Assembly: GCA_964016885.1 (NCBI GenBank)
Contig: OZ024750.1
Span: 54,064,001-54,128,000 of the forward strand
Source of the DNA: Eledone cirrhosa
Taxonomy: Eukaryota
Length of the DNA: 64,000 bases
Reading direction: 5' to 3'
Made by a program: the position numbers and the translations under genes. Every line of letters starts with the position of its first letter. The stretch's first letter is position 1. The notes under the pieces were generated by a model, which was not told where the DNA came from, searched no databases, and saw nothing but the letters and a program-made list of their open reading frames with translations. Of this stretch, positions 13,320 to 27,009 are shown in pieces.

Positions 13320-13443
13320 CACATACATATATATATGCATACATATATATATATGTATGTGTCTATGTATGTATATATATATCTCTCTATATATATATAG
13401 AGAGAGAAAGAGATACACACGCATACATATATGTGTATGTATC

Positions 13444-13474
<31 letters not shown>

Positions 13475-13673
13475 ATATATGTATATATACATACATATAT
13501 CTTATTGCTGTAATCTTATATCAATGACTCAGGAGTTTTATGCTTGAGTGCACTTCTCAAACTGAACCTGTTTGCACACCCAAATCTACAAAACACACAG
13601 TGTAGGTGTGTGTTATATATATAACACACACCTACACTGTGTGTTTTGTAGATTTGGGTGTGTATATATACAT

Positions 13674-13711
<38 letters not shown>

Positions 13712-13790
13712 GAAACACACAGTGTAGGTGTGTGTTTTATATATATATATATATAGATAGATAGATATAGATATATAGATATATATATAA
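13320..13790. repeat. (TA)/(TG)/(GA) microsatellite cluster containing an 88-bp perfect palindrome (13575-13662)
   Basis: cacacccaaatctacaaaacacacagtgtaggtgtgtgttatat is followed immediately by its reverse complement. Confidence 0.9.
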
Positions 13791-14409
13791 ACATAGTTAT
13801 ATGATAGTTTTGTGAACTTAAGCAGAGGGAGTACAGGTATAGCTACATACACGTATGTAGATATATGTGCATTATATATAAACTGGCACTCTGTTGGTTA
13901 TGGGGTATTCCTGTTGACCAACAGAACAGCATGCTCTGTGTGTGTAAAATACATGTTCTGTTTAGTTTGCAGTTACTGTCTAAATATATAAAACATCAAA
14001 TATTTACCTCAATATAAAATAAATAAAATCCATTTAGAAATGAAAAAAACCCCACTGCAAATCATTTATTTAATTATTATTTTTTACATTTTTTTTGCAG
14101 TGAGTATCTATGGGTGTTGACTGATTCTGTGGTTATGTAACGAATGTCGGCTTAGTCTGGGGGTTATTTTCAAAGGATTTACCTTACCTTGGGGCTGTTC
14201 CTATGAGTATGAACTTCCCTGGGGGTTATTTCTATAATTGTTAGCCTTCCTGGAGCCTGGAATTATTTGTATATGTGTGAACTGTCCTAAAGTTATTCCT
14301 GTGGGTGTTGGCTATTCTTGCAGTTTATTTTAAATTATCAGAGTTTTAATTGTTACTTTATTATAATCAAATATTTAACTTTTCTTTTCCATTTACACTC
14401 TTGTCATGC

Positions 14410-14777
14410 CATATGTACACACATTTCACACCCACACTTCACATACACACCACACACACACTTCACATACACACTTCACACACATGCCACACATACCTAC
14501 AGACACTTCACATACCCACTACACACACCCATCTAGACAAACAAACACTTCATTCTGCCTCACATAACACACTTCATATACACACACACACACTTCACAC
14601 ATACACACACACTTCACACACACACACACACACATACACACACACTTCACACACACACACACACACTCTCTTCACACACACACACACAAACTTCACACAC
14701 ACACATATACACACTTCACACACTTCACACATACTCACACACTTCACATACACACACACTTCACACATACACACACA
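14410..14777. repeat. Degenerate (CA)n with recurring cacacttcaca motif
   Basis: Directly visible. Confidence 0.85.
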
Positions 14778-15029
14778 GTAGCAATAGGTGAACAAGAATA
14801 ACATGATTATTTTGTTCAGACATTTAAGCTTATTTTTAGAAATCAATCACTGTTCTATATTTTCAGTAGTTTGATCTTCTTATTCCTAGATGTGTACATA
14901 GTCCCTGTCCCTATCCATGGAGCCATAAGCCCGGAGTTATTATTATCTTGGGCTTCATTAGATCAGATCTGGAGGAGCCCAACTCTTTCCAGGTCTGAAC
15001 CAATTTCTTCCAGACAGAGAGGAAGCAAT

Positions 15030-15700
15030 AAAGAGATAGAAGGAGTAAATTGACCCCAGTACCTGACTGGTACTTTTTTTTATTGACCTTGAAAGGATGA
15101 AAGGCAAAGTTGACCTCAGTAGAATTTGAACTGAGAGAGCAGAGAGCTGGGATAAATACTGCAAGGTATTCTGATCTTCTAACAACTGTCGACCACCTAC
15201 ACAGATAATAGCCAATTTGAACTCTCAACATTCATTTTTAAATTAGTTCAAGTCTAGTCAGGTACTATTTACAGACGAACAAGATATCCAAACAAACTGG
15301 TTGAAACGCTGTTGGATTGTGCATTGGTTCCAATGAATAATGCTCCAATTGTATAACTTATGGAATAACCAGCTTGTCAAATCAACATGAAAGCAGTTGA
15401 GCATTCCACAGATGCGTGTAACCTCAATGTAGTTCTCAGGCAGATTCAGTGTGACACAGTGTGTGACAAAGCTGGCCTATTGAAATGTAGTTAAAATCCA
15501 TGTTGTAGTGTAAGTAGCTGAGCATTCAACCAAAACATAATTTTCTGAGATTCAATGGAACACAGTGTATATTAAACACAGTGTATGATTGAACTGGAGC
15601 AATGCTAAATCAAGTCTTGCTGACACAGTATGCCAGCAGGAATCAAGCTAGTGACCTTATAATTGTAAACCAAACTCCCTAACAATTATGGCATGCATTT
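15030..15700 (-). mobile_element. Decayed SINE copies of two families
   Basis: ggatgaaaggcaaagttgacctc...atttgaact at 15095-15133; ctggagcaatg and a reversed tRNA-like head at 15590-15700. Confidence 0.65.
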
Positions 15701-16433
15701 AGAGGAACAAGGCGTCCAATGATGATCAAAGATCAAACTGATTGGAATATAGTGTAGATGTAAATATTCTAAAATATTTACACACACAAAAATTAATTTA
15801 ATTATTTTGAAAAATTTAAATCTTATTAACAATAAACCATCTTGCACATTTAGCTTTTGTTACAATATTTCTAATGAAAGATACTGTATTTGTTTTTCAA
15901 ATATTTTTGAAAATAATCAAGGACTTGAAAGGATTTAATAATATAACTTCATTATTTATCTGGTATTTGGAACATAACATAAGTTCTTATATAAAATTAC
16001 GATGGAAGGTTTTTTGAAATAAACAGTTTAGTATTGTAGAACCTGGGGTTTGTTTCTGGCAGTTTTGTATTAAAACAGTTAAGTGAAAAATCAAATATGA
16101 GATTGAACTATTCAGAGTGGTGAAGTTTACAATGCATAGAAGCAGGAGCAGTGGCATGTGAAAGTTTTGTATACAGTGAAGAACAACGCAGTCTTCAGCA
16201 TGGGTTAACTATTAAGAATTGTAAAACTGAAGAAACTGTTTAGTAAACTGATTGTGACATCTCAGGAATCAAACAATTCTATGCTATAGGTTAACCACTG
16301 AAAATAGGAGAGTTTACTGTGTATATAACAAACCATATATAGTACATAGCCAACCAGTAAATTCTTGGATTAATCATTTACAATGGTCCAGTAGTATTTT
16401 GTGGGTTAATAATACATCATCATTATTTAACAC

Positions 16434-16817
16434 AGGCGGTGGATTGGCAGTATCGGTAGAGGGTCGGATGCCATGCTTTGACGTATAGAGTTACGGCCCT
16501 TGCCATTCTGAGTTCAAATCCCGCCGAGGTTAACTTTGCCTTTCATCCTTACGGGGTCGATAAAATAAAGTATCAGTAATGCTCTGGGTAATTGCTGGCC
16601 TTGTGCCAAAAGTAGAAACAATTATTTAACACAGGCGGTGAATTGGCAGTATCGGTAGAGGGTCGGACGCCATGCTTTCCAGCATAGTTACGTCCCTTTA
16701 CGGTCTGAGTTCAAATCCCGCCGAGGTTGACTTTGCCTTTCATCCTTACGGTGTCGATAAAATAAAGTACCAGTAATGCACTGGGTAATTGCTGGCCTCA
16801 TGCCAAAAGTAGAAACA
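16434..16817 (+). mobile_element. Two head-to-tail tRNA-derived SINEs (about 185 bp each) separated and flanked by the same 12-bp repeat
   Basis: attatttaacac at 16422, 16621 and 16818; A box tggcagtatcgg, B box gagttcaaatcc, body gcctttcatccttacggggtcgataaaataaagtaccag. Confidence 0.9.
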
Positions 16818-18589
16818 ATTATTTAACACTCATTTTTCCATGCTGGCATGAATTATACAGGTGATCACAGACAAATCCAGTACTTAATTGGAGGTACTGT
16901 CCTCCCAGGCAATGGGGAAACATCTCACTTACATACGTTCTGGTTTTGGCCTGATTTATATCACCAACCACTTTACAGAGTGTCCTGGATGCATTTTATC
17001 ATGGCACCAACACTAAAGAGGTTGTCATGTCCTTAATACAACTAACAGTTCTCTTGGTCCTTTGTTTGGTATTGTTTCCATGACTCGATGCTGTTCCAAT
17101 CACCAGCAACTTTACAACATTTTTAATTCCATCCTATGCTGTAGTGTGCATCAGACTGTCATTAGATGGAGTCCCACTACCATATGTGACGTCTCATCCT
17201 TTCCCCATATTGAGAGAAAGGGATGCTGGCATGTGACTGATTGATAGAAGGAAAGAGAGAAATAGACCCCAATGTTTGAGTACTACTATATTTATCAACC
17301 CCTGAAGGATAAAAGACTAATTAAACTTTGGTGGGATTTGAACTCAGACCACAGAGAGCCAGTACAAATACCTACATTCTATCAATAACACAGCACTCCA
17401 ACTGCTGCCTTAATGTGTGTGTATATATATATAAGCATAGAGTATAAAAAATCTTTTCCACATTTCGACTTGACTTTTTGAATTTTTGGTTAAGCAACCT
17501 TTGTTTTGATGATGTGTAACTTTAAACATCCTTTACCAAGACATTCTTGTTAAGTACAAAACAGCATTGTGACTGCATCACATTAAAAATTGATGTCTTT
17601 AAATGCTGCAAAGCTTCACAGCCATCTCTCCTCCAGTAAAGACACAATAAACATTTGAATTCTGTGATAGCAGAGTCTTAAGACATTCCAGAGGGTTCTA
17701 TCAGAAGCAACTGTCTCCAACTGATCTAGCCAGATCCCCAAGCATGGTTGTTATCTAACTATCCTTTGAATTAACAAACCCATTTTTAGATATTTTCTAT
17801 TAAATCATTTCAGGATGTTAAGAGTTAATATTCACCCTTAACCCATTGAGCTTTCTCAATTGCTCTTCTGTGTTCTCCAATAAATCCAAGACATTCATCC
17901 TCACCATTTAACATTTATTTTCCATTCTTGTATCGGTTGGGGCTAGATGGATTGTGATGTAACTAAGTCTAGGCAGATTGGGTGACACTATCCTGCTTGT
18001 AAACACCATTTTTAGCTTGGTTTCTATGGCTAGCTGCCCTCCCTAATGCCTAATAAATTAATATTCACCCTCCTCACACCTCTTCCTATTTACTTAGTAG
18101 TCCCTGGAAGGGAGAATATCTCCCCAACTGATTCTTTATGATGTTTTTCCTATATTTATATTTGTTTCCTTCCTCAGCAAACCAGTTTCTTTTTTTCACT
18201 GCATTCGTCTGATTCTGTTTATTTCAACCAAAAAGGGTTTTTTTTTTCATTATTTTTAGCATTTAGGAAGGAAGGGCTGTGCTTATGACATTTTTCAGGG
18301 TCTATGAGATTTGTGGGAGGGAGGAGACCTGGCCCACCCAAATGCTTGCAAAAAAGTGGACTCTGTTAAAGGGAGTCAAGGACCAAGTGGTGGTGCTAAA
18401 CCAGGTAACGGGGTAAGTCCCACCCACCCATCTACCCATACTCCTTTACTCTAAGACAACCCTTTTTTTTTCTTTTTTTTCAAAGGTTATGGTGATTGAC
18501 CCTACAAAAATATGAAAAGACCCCAAATACTATTCAATTTTTTAATAAAACAACAAAACTATGCATTCAGTAGTGTATTTATTGAATAT

Positions 18590-18940
18590 TCATGACCTGT
18601 TGTGACCTTCAACCTTTCACAACTCCATAAACACTGACCTTCACTTACAACCCTCCAAAATATGACCATCAAACCTTTCACAATTTCATTAACAGTGACT
18701 TTTACTTAACGACCTCTAAAATCTGACCTTCAACAGATGACATTTCATGACCCTTCACAAATTTATAAACAGCAACCTTCAGTAGGCAACCTTTTCACTA
18801 CTCTTTAAATAATGACCTTGAACAGATGACCTTTCCTCATCATTTATTACTCTCTAGCCAGTGACCTTCAACAGACAGCCTTCCGCTAGTCTCTAAACCA
18901 AAGACCCCTCACAATTCATAAACGGACCTTCACAATCTTG
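18590..18940. repeat. Degenerate tandem array rich in TGACCTT motifs
   Basis: More than 10 gacct(t) motifs spaced roughly 12-25 bp apart. Confidence 0.6.
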
Positions 18941-19359
18941 ACAACTCAATTCGTTACTCTCTAATCTCAGCTACTCCATTATAAAATTTTGAAAGTGTTA
19001 TCCCACCACACACACACACCACTACAATATTACCATTTAATAAATTAATTATTCAAAGATTTAATGTGTCAAAATGTTAAACGGTGTCAAACTTGCCCAG
19101 TGACAATAAAAAAAATAGCTAAAATTTTTTAAAAAAATTAATTAAAAATATTAATAAAATAAAATGACAAAAAAAAAAAACAACAACCTACTAATTATGT
19201 TTCTGCTAAACTTCTTCTCAGAGTCTGTTGTTATACACTGGAACTAATGAGATTATCATACAGGTGTGTGTGTATATCATGGTACACCATCCAAATATTT
19301 TGTAACCATGAAGATGCCATACTTGTACACTTAACAAAGCAGTTACAATTTGTCCTTAA

Positions 19360-19422
<63 letters not shown>

Positions 19423-21709
19423 TTAAAACTTTACAAACCATGCAAACCGTTTCTAACAAATATTTTTTCTCTTTGGTTTTCTGCGCAGTGTGATTCCATT
19501 TGTGCACAATGTGGTGCTTCACGTTCCAGGAAACATCGGTGATGAGCCCTTTTCTTCCTGCCCTGCCCTGGCCGCCAGCTGGATCTCTAGCCGCCTCCCT
19601 TTCCTTCTCCTTCAATAAAAGCTACTTGACCTCTCCTTAAAAAAAAAATATGTGGTCTTTATTGGCAGAGTTGTTAAGAATGTTGAACTAAATGCTTTTC
19701 AAAGTTTGTTCCCGCTCTGTGTGTTATCAGTTGAAATCCTGGCCACAATCTTGGTATTTTAGCCGCTACCACCTCTCATCACACCCCACTGCCATCCTCA
19801 GGTAACATCCTACTCTTGTCATCCTCTAATGTGTCAATGGCAAGTTTACATGGCTGTCACGACCATATATGGGAATTTGGGACGGCTCTAGAATTTTCTA
19901 GAATAGTGCCAAACTTGGTCCAAACATTTAGAATCAGAATCTCTCTATTTTCACCACCTGCTGTCTATCTCTCCCCGCTCTCTCCCTCTTATCACTCCCC
20001 AATCCTATCTTTTTCTTCAATTGCCTTTCTGTGTATGTCAATATATTTGTATATGCATGTGTATGTGAAGGCATATAGCCTATTTATTAGTGTATTGATC
20101 TGATGATCATAATGTCAAGTAAAGCACTTCGTTTCACATTGCTTTAGTTCACTGAAGATGAGTACCAGCAATAGTTGAAGTTACCTTTGTGATGAACCAT
20201 CCAGGATGGAATCTTGTACTCTCAGTTGCTTAGCACTACATGAAACCAGGATAAATTCTGGCCTGATGAGCCTCTTGTCTTAAGAAAGACTAACTAATGC
20301 ATGTATGTATATAAATGTGTGTTGTGTGTGAGGGTGTGCGTGCTTTAGAATTTCTTAACTCTTTTGCTACCATATTTCTAACGAAAGACACTGCCTACGA
20401 CTTTAAAATTATTTTGAAAATAATCAAGAATTTGGAGGTATTTAGTAATATAAATTTCTCATTATTAATCTGGTGTTTAGAGCTTAATTTACCATAAAAT
20501 TATGATGGAAGGTTTTTAGATAAATAGAACACTTTAAAATAAACATTTGTATTGTAGAGCCAGGAGTGGTTTCAGTTTCCTATCAAAAACGGTTCATTTT
20601 TGTTTAGTTTTTTTTTTTTTTAGTAAACAAAATATTTATGAAAATTTTCTATGATTTTTCTGATATTCAAGACATATCATTTTAGATTGTCTTGATCCTT
20701 TTATCAATCTATTTATCTACCTGTATATATTTACCTACCTGTTAATTTCTTCACCTTTATAGTTCCCTATCTGTTTATCTGCCTCTTTACTCTAGCATTT
20801 ATCTAGCAACATATTAATGTATAATCATAGCCATCTATTCATCTACAGGGTTGCACATTGGCAGTCATCAGAGCCTTCAACTAAATGCTTTATAGCATTT
20901 CTTCCAGATCTCTGCACTCTCAGTTCAAACCCCACCAAAGTCAACTTTGCCTTTCATCCTTTTAAGCTCAATAAATAAAATACCAACTCAGGGCAAAGGG
21001 CAGGCAGCATTTAATATGATGCTTTGCCATATCTTGTGTCTGGCTCTGTGTGTGTTCTGAGTTCAAATCCCATCTCTTGGTCACCAGAAAAATGATGACA
21101 TGATAGAGCTGAGGGGCCCATAACATTGAAACACTCCCAAAAAAACCTCTTAAGAGATACAATTATCAAAACCCAGCTAAACCTATGCAGATGTGAGTCA
21201 TAAAAACAACCATTTATCTACCAACCCACGTAACTAATCTTTCTCTCTCTGTTAATATATGTATCTTTCTATTTATATACCTATTCACTTGTCTATCTAC
21301 CTCTCTATCCTACATATGGTATCTATCCAGCCATCTACCTACCTTCCAACGTATCTATTTATCTGTCTATGGTGAAGGGCCTTCACCTAATAGTTAGGAT
21401 GTCGGGCTCACAACCATAAGGTTATGAGTTTGATTCCCCAACTGGATGACTTTTCATGGTAGAACATGAGAAACCTACATAAGTGTGAGCTATAAATTTC
21501 AATTTTAGTTTTTCATTTTCACATGTCTGTCAATGTACCCATCTATTTATCTAGTCTGCAATTTCTGTGAAACCAATCCTATCTCCTGCCCATATATTTA
21601 CCTCAGTCCCTCTCCTCTCCTCCACTCTCCACCTATTTCACATTTGGTACATACTCAGAACCATGGAACATTTCTTGAGATGCAGTTATTCTTCTTATTA
21701 TTTTTTCGT

Positions 21710-21923
21710 CTTATATACATACATATATGCATACATACACATATACATATATGAATGTATATACATATATACATATTCATATATATATGTGCATATATAG
21801 GTATATGCATACATATTCATTTATATATATATATAATATATACACACATATGTATACATGTGTATATATGTGTGTGTGTGTGTGTGTGTGTATATATAAA
21901 AAAAATATATATATATACGTATG

Positions 21924-21961
<38 letters not shown>

Positions 21962-21962
21962 T
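21710..21962. repeat. (TA)/(CA)/(TG) microsatellite cluster
   Basis: Directly visible. Confidence 0.9.
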
Positions 21963-22299
21963 GAAAGAACCCAATTCTTGCTGATCCAATGCATGTGTGG
22001 AAGCAAGTCAAGAACTTTGGTCTAACCGGCTGGTTAACAACAGTATCTGGGCTAAAAACATTATACATTGAAATAAATGGTGTTAACTTGTTGTTCATAG
22101 ACACATGGCTTGCGTTCACCGCCGTTCACCATGAAAGAATTTTTTTCTAATTATCTGTTTGTTTGTTTGTTTGTTTGTTTGTTTGTTTTTCTGTAGTTAA
22201 AAAAAAAAATTAAATGACTGGCAATAAACAATACAGTTGTCTTTTAGTGTATCACATCTTTCCATTTACTCTCTCTATATCTATCTCTATCTCTATATT

Positions 22300-22590
22300 C
22301 TTTTATATTCTCTGGATTGAGAGATCACAGCTCGGATATTATGGACATATTTAGAATCTCGCAGAAGAGAATTGCTGCACAGATTTTATGGGCAAAACCA
22401 ACCAGCAGGAGACCCAGGAGTAGACTCCGGGGAAGACGGTCGGATAACATCCATGAGCTCAGCTAATATCATTTTGGGATCCAGCCAGATCAATTGGAGA
22501 CAGTTGCTTCTGGCAGGACCCACAGGAAGGAGTTTTTGAAGATTCTTCTTCCATGACCCTCTCAGGAATTTAGGAGGGTGAAGAATACCA
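22300..22590 (+). mobile_element. RTE-clade LINE 3' fragment
   Basis: IERSQLGYYGHI...RPRSRLRGRRSDNI; same family as 52010-52720 and 60030-60700. Confidence 0.7.
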
Positions 22591-22933
22591 ATATGAATGG
22601 TTGTAGTATTATTACTACTGTTAGGGTTGGCAGAATCAGTAGAGCATTGGACTAAATATTTTGCAGTATTTAGTTATGGCTTTCTACATTCTGAGTTTAA
22701 ATCCTGCTGAGGTTGACTTTGTTTTCATCCTTACGGAGTTGATAAAATAAAGTACCAGTGATGTATTAGGGTCAATATTATCAACTATCCCTTCCCCCAA
22801 AATTACTGACTTTGTGCATAATTTAGAAATCCTTAGTGTATTTGTTTCGCTGTATTTTGGTTGAAACAAACAGAAGTAAATGCAGCAAAACAAGCAAACA
22901 TAAATTAGAAAGTATTATTAACACTGATTACTG

Positions 22934-23105
22934 TGGATTGGCAGTATCGGTAGAGGGTCGGACGCCATGCTTTCCAGCATAGTTACGTCCCTTTACGATC
23001 TGAGTTCAAATCCCGCCGAGGTTGACTTTGCCTTTCATCCTTACGGGGTCGATAAAATAAAGTACCAGTAATGCACTGGGTAATTGCTGGCCTAACGTAG
23101 AAATA
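22934..23105 (+). mobile_element. Young tRNA-derived SINE with 20-bp TSD
   Basis: TSD attattaacactgattactg at 22914-22933 and 23106-23125; an older copy of the family lies at 22625-22830. Confidence 0.9.
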
Positions 23106-23409
23106 ATTATTAACACTGATTACTGGTGATTGTGGCTTGTGATTATATTTCATGTTGTTCCAGTCTGGCTGGTAGCCCTGCTTCACTACTGCCAACTATT
23201 GTTAGCAGTGATACTGCACATCACGATGATGATTCAAAGGGTCAGCTTTGCCACAGACAGTATTATACTGATTCTCCATGAGAATTCATTAAGGATCCAC
23301 GTATCTGTGAAATGCTCAGCTGTTTTCATCAGGAACCTTGCATATTATTTATGGAAGCAAAAAATAGAAAATTAGAAAATATATTTGGTGTCCCTTACAT
23401 ATTGTGAAC

Positions 23410-23690
23410 TGACGCCTGATTACAGTTGACCCCTGACTACCTAGTCGTCCTGTTAGTCTGACCCCTGACTACAGTCGACCCCTTAGTGTGACCCCTGACT
23501 ACAGTCGACTCCTTAGTCTGACCCCTGACTACAGTCGACCCCTGCCACGACTGTTTGGTCCCTGACTACCTAGTCGACTCCTTAGTCTGACCCCTGACTA
23601 CAGCGACCCCTGACTACAGTCGACCCCTGCCACCACTGTTTGACCCGAGTACAGTCGACCCCTGACTACAGCGCCCCCTGTCATCACTGT
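23410..23690. repeat. Irregular tandem array built from gacccctgactacagtc modules
   Basis: Core period about 30 bp at 23460-23545 with rearranged sub-modules. Confidence 0.85.
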
Positions 23691-24734
23691 CTGCTGTCAT
23701 TATAGATTGGCCGTATCAATAGAGCATCAAATAAATTACATTCTGAGTTTGAATTGAGGTTAGCTTTGCCTTTCATCCTTATGGAGTCAATAAAATAAAG
23801 TACCAGTAATGCACTGGGGTCAATTTAATCGACTCTCCTCTCTCCCAAAGTTGTCTTGTGTCTAAATCAGAAACCATTATTATTACTGCTGCTGTTGTTA
23901 TTGTTATTGCTTCTATTACGAATGCAGCATGGCTGAATGGTTAAGAATTTTACTTGACATTCATTAGGTCCTGGGTTTGGCCCCATTGTCTGACATCTTG
24001 GTCAAGTGTCATTAACCATACCTTGGGTCAACCCATGCTTTATCAGTGACTTTGGATGGACTGTACCTGTAATTGACAGAGTGAGCTCTGTCACACACTG
24101 TGTCATGCTGAATCTCCCTGAGAATTACTGGTATTTGTGGAATTGTCAGCCACTGACATGTTAATTTCACGAGCAGGCCATTCAGTTGTTTGAAAAATTA
24201 AAACAGTTTTTGTCAAAAACCACAGAAGTCCAACAGATCATGTTTGGGGTTTTTAGCTCTAGGTTAAGGAAACCTATGGATGGCTGTGTTTATCAATACT
24301 GTTTCTTGTTGTTTGCTTGTTTTTTTCTTTCCAGAGATGTCAAGAAAGTTGACAGATGGAACTCATGAAAGTCTGTTGTAAGTTCAAGTGAAAAGAGTTG
24401 ACAATGGTGATGAAGCAGTTGAGCTGTTAAAAGGATGAAAAAGGTGGTACCAATACAATCAAGATCTTCAACTGCCAAACTGCCATATAATTAAGCTCTC
24501 TTATTTCCTTACACTAAGCTTACCACAAAACTAAATAGAATCCAAGAACACAACCGGAGACATAAACTTCTAGACTGTGATTACGCTGTCCTCAATGACT
24601 TCTTCTTTACTCCAACTGCTTAGATAATGGAATAGTAGGCCCCAATTACTGTGAAAGCTGCCTATATAGCCCTCATAGTCAACAGTTTTAAACTGAGATA
24701 CAATCAACATCTGACTTGTTTTGTAAATCGGTGT

Positions 24735-24970
24735 GAAGGAAAGCAACGATAATATCCAGCTATATATGACAATTCAAAGAAACAAACAGAATTATGACCT
24801 GTAATAGAGGTGCTCAAAGAGGGCTGGGCCATATATGAGAAATAACAAGTCATGCGACTTATGTGCAGAAGAGGCCCTGCAGATTCTCCTTACAAAAGCA
24901 CTATTCCTAAATAAATAAAAATAGAGGTGACAGCATATGGACACATGGTTTATAAAACATACTATAAACC
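24735..24970 (+). mobile_element. Penelope-like element, C-terminal remnant
   Basis: ISSYI*QFKE, then EVLK...AGPYMRNNKSCDLCAEEALQIL...FLNK with frameshifts; resembles the W..L....PY....C.LC..E...LLNK motif after the GIY-YIG domain. Confidence 0.6.
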
Positions 24971-25796
24971 AATATTGGACTCCAATGAATAGAGCCACAC
25001 AGCAATGACTATGGTTGGCTGCAACCCGGCACTAAGAAACTCTGCCTCTGACATATTTAGGATCCAACCCTGATGGCCAAAATGCAACACACAACCACCA
25101 TCTAGCTCTATGGAGTGACTCTAGCCAAATCTAAAACTTCAGAAGATTGCAACTAAGTAGTAGTACTCTTGATTTGCAACTTGACTCTCTATTTGCTATT
25201 AAATGATAGACTCCTAACCACACACACTTATAACTTCTCTATCCATCCTGTAAGGATATTTTTATCTTGTCCTTATAACACACATTACTCTTAACCCGAG
25301 ACAATTTCTACTAAATTACTGATCAGGGTCTCATCTTTAACTATAACCACTATCAGCATGAATCTTTTTATAAAATCCATCAAATTTTAAATAATTCTTA
25401 TTTATTTAAATATATCTAAGGTATAGTTAAGATAAACCATCATACCAAAAATGGGTCGAAGGGACAAGAGCCTAACAACCTCTCTAGTGTTGAGTGGACT
25501 GTTGAGGTGTGTCAAATATAGAGTGTACATCTTGCTGGTGCCAAGCAAGATGTACACTCCAACCCATCTGAAAGGTGGCTCTGACTAACTACTGAATTGA
25601 TCTGTGATGACATATCCACCCCTTATTGGAGAGGATTTTTTGAGGCAGTATTTTATGGCTGGATTTCTTCCTTACAGTAACCTTTTTAGTTGCTTTGTAC
25701 AGTGTCTAAGAATATTGTGTACCTAGTCTAAAAACCTAGATACACAAAAATGGGAAGTAAGGCAATGGCAACCAAAATTTAAGAAGAAGAGATAAT

Positions 25797-25985
25797 TGTT
25801 TCTACATTTGGCACAAGGCCATCAATTACCCAGTACATTACTGGTACTTTATTTTATCGACCCCGTAAGGATGAAAGGCAAAGTTAACCTCAGCTGGATT
25901 TGAACTCGGACCGTAAAGGGACGTAACTATGCTGGAAAGCATGGCGTTCGACCCTCTACCAATACTGTCAATCCACCGCCCTTAC
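25797..25985 (-). mobile_element. Young tRNA-derived SINE with 13-bp TSD
   Basis: TSD aagaagagataat at 25784 and 25986; reverse complement of the 16633 copy. Confidence 0.9.
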
Positions 25986-27009
25986 AAGAAGAGATAATGT
26001 AATAGAAATTATACAAAAAAATAACTGAAGATCTACCTTGATATACATTTTATATTTCCACTTTTTAATGGGGAAAGATATTTCAATAGTATAAAGAAAT
26101 ACACAAATTAATTAAAAATTAAGAATTAAAATTTTTTAAAGCAGTGCTCTAACATGGCCTTAGCTGCAATAGCTAAAACAATCTAAAGAATTAATATTAA
26201 AAAATAAATCAAACCACTCGAAGCTGTCCCTGGTTTTATGATGCAATACTATTTGTTTTAATGTTTTTAAATTTATCTAAGAACCTTTGTTTAAGAAAGT
26301 TAGTTATATTACTAAATCCCTTTGCCATAAGCAGTGTCTTTTATTAGAAATATGCTGATGAAAGAGTTAAGGATTCCATAGTTTCGGAAGTGTGATACCA
26401 TAGTGTCTGAGAAATTCATTTCAAAGTTATTGAATGAATTTACACTAAATTATTAAAACATTACTTGTTATTTCTGAATAAATTAACAAAACAGGGGAGT
26501 GTTATAACAGTTTCTAAGTGAAAGATTCCTTTATACTCAAATATAAGTCCTCCCTCATTATTTTATGTCTAAGAAATGGGCAAAATTCCAAACCCCATTT
26601 ATAAGCCAAGGCAGCTAATCAACACATTGTTTAGATGGCGTATATAACCCACCCCATTTTACCACAGATTTTTTAGTCACATTTTCCTCAACTTATATAT
26701 ACAGTAGGTTTTTTTAAAAGCTTTTTGATACTTGTACTCCCCAAATATGGTTCTATGATACAAAACTTTACTTTAATATGTTTATATTTATTTAAACACC
26801 TTCAATCATAATTTTATATAAGAACCTTTGTCAAGTTCTAATCTCTAGTTTAAGAATAAGAAAGTTAGTTATTTTATTAAATCACTCCAAATTTCTTATT
26901 ATTTTCAAATTTAAAATCATAGTTTATAAAGAAATCTGAAACTTGATATTTTATAATATGAACCCCAAATATCTCTGAAAGACATATAAATAATAATAAT
27001 AATAATAAT

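Noticed and set aside
13283-14846. YIYI/THTH/VCVC ORFs (also 21533-22119 and 34737-35344)
   Set aside because: Dinucleotide microsatellite translations.
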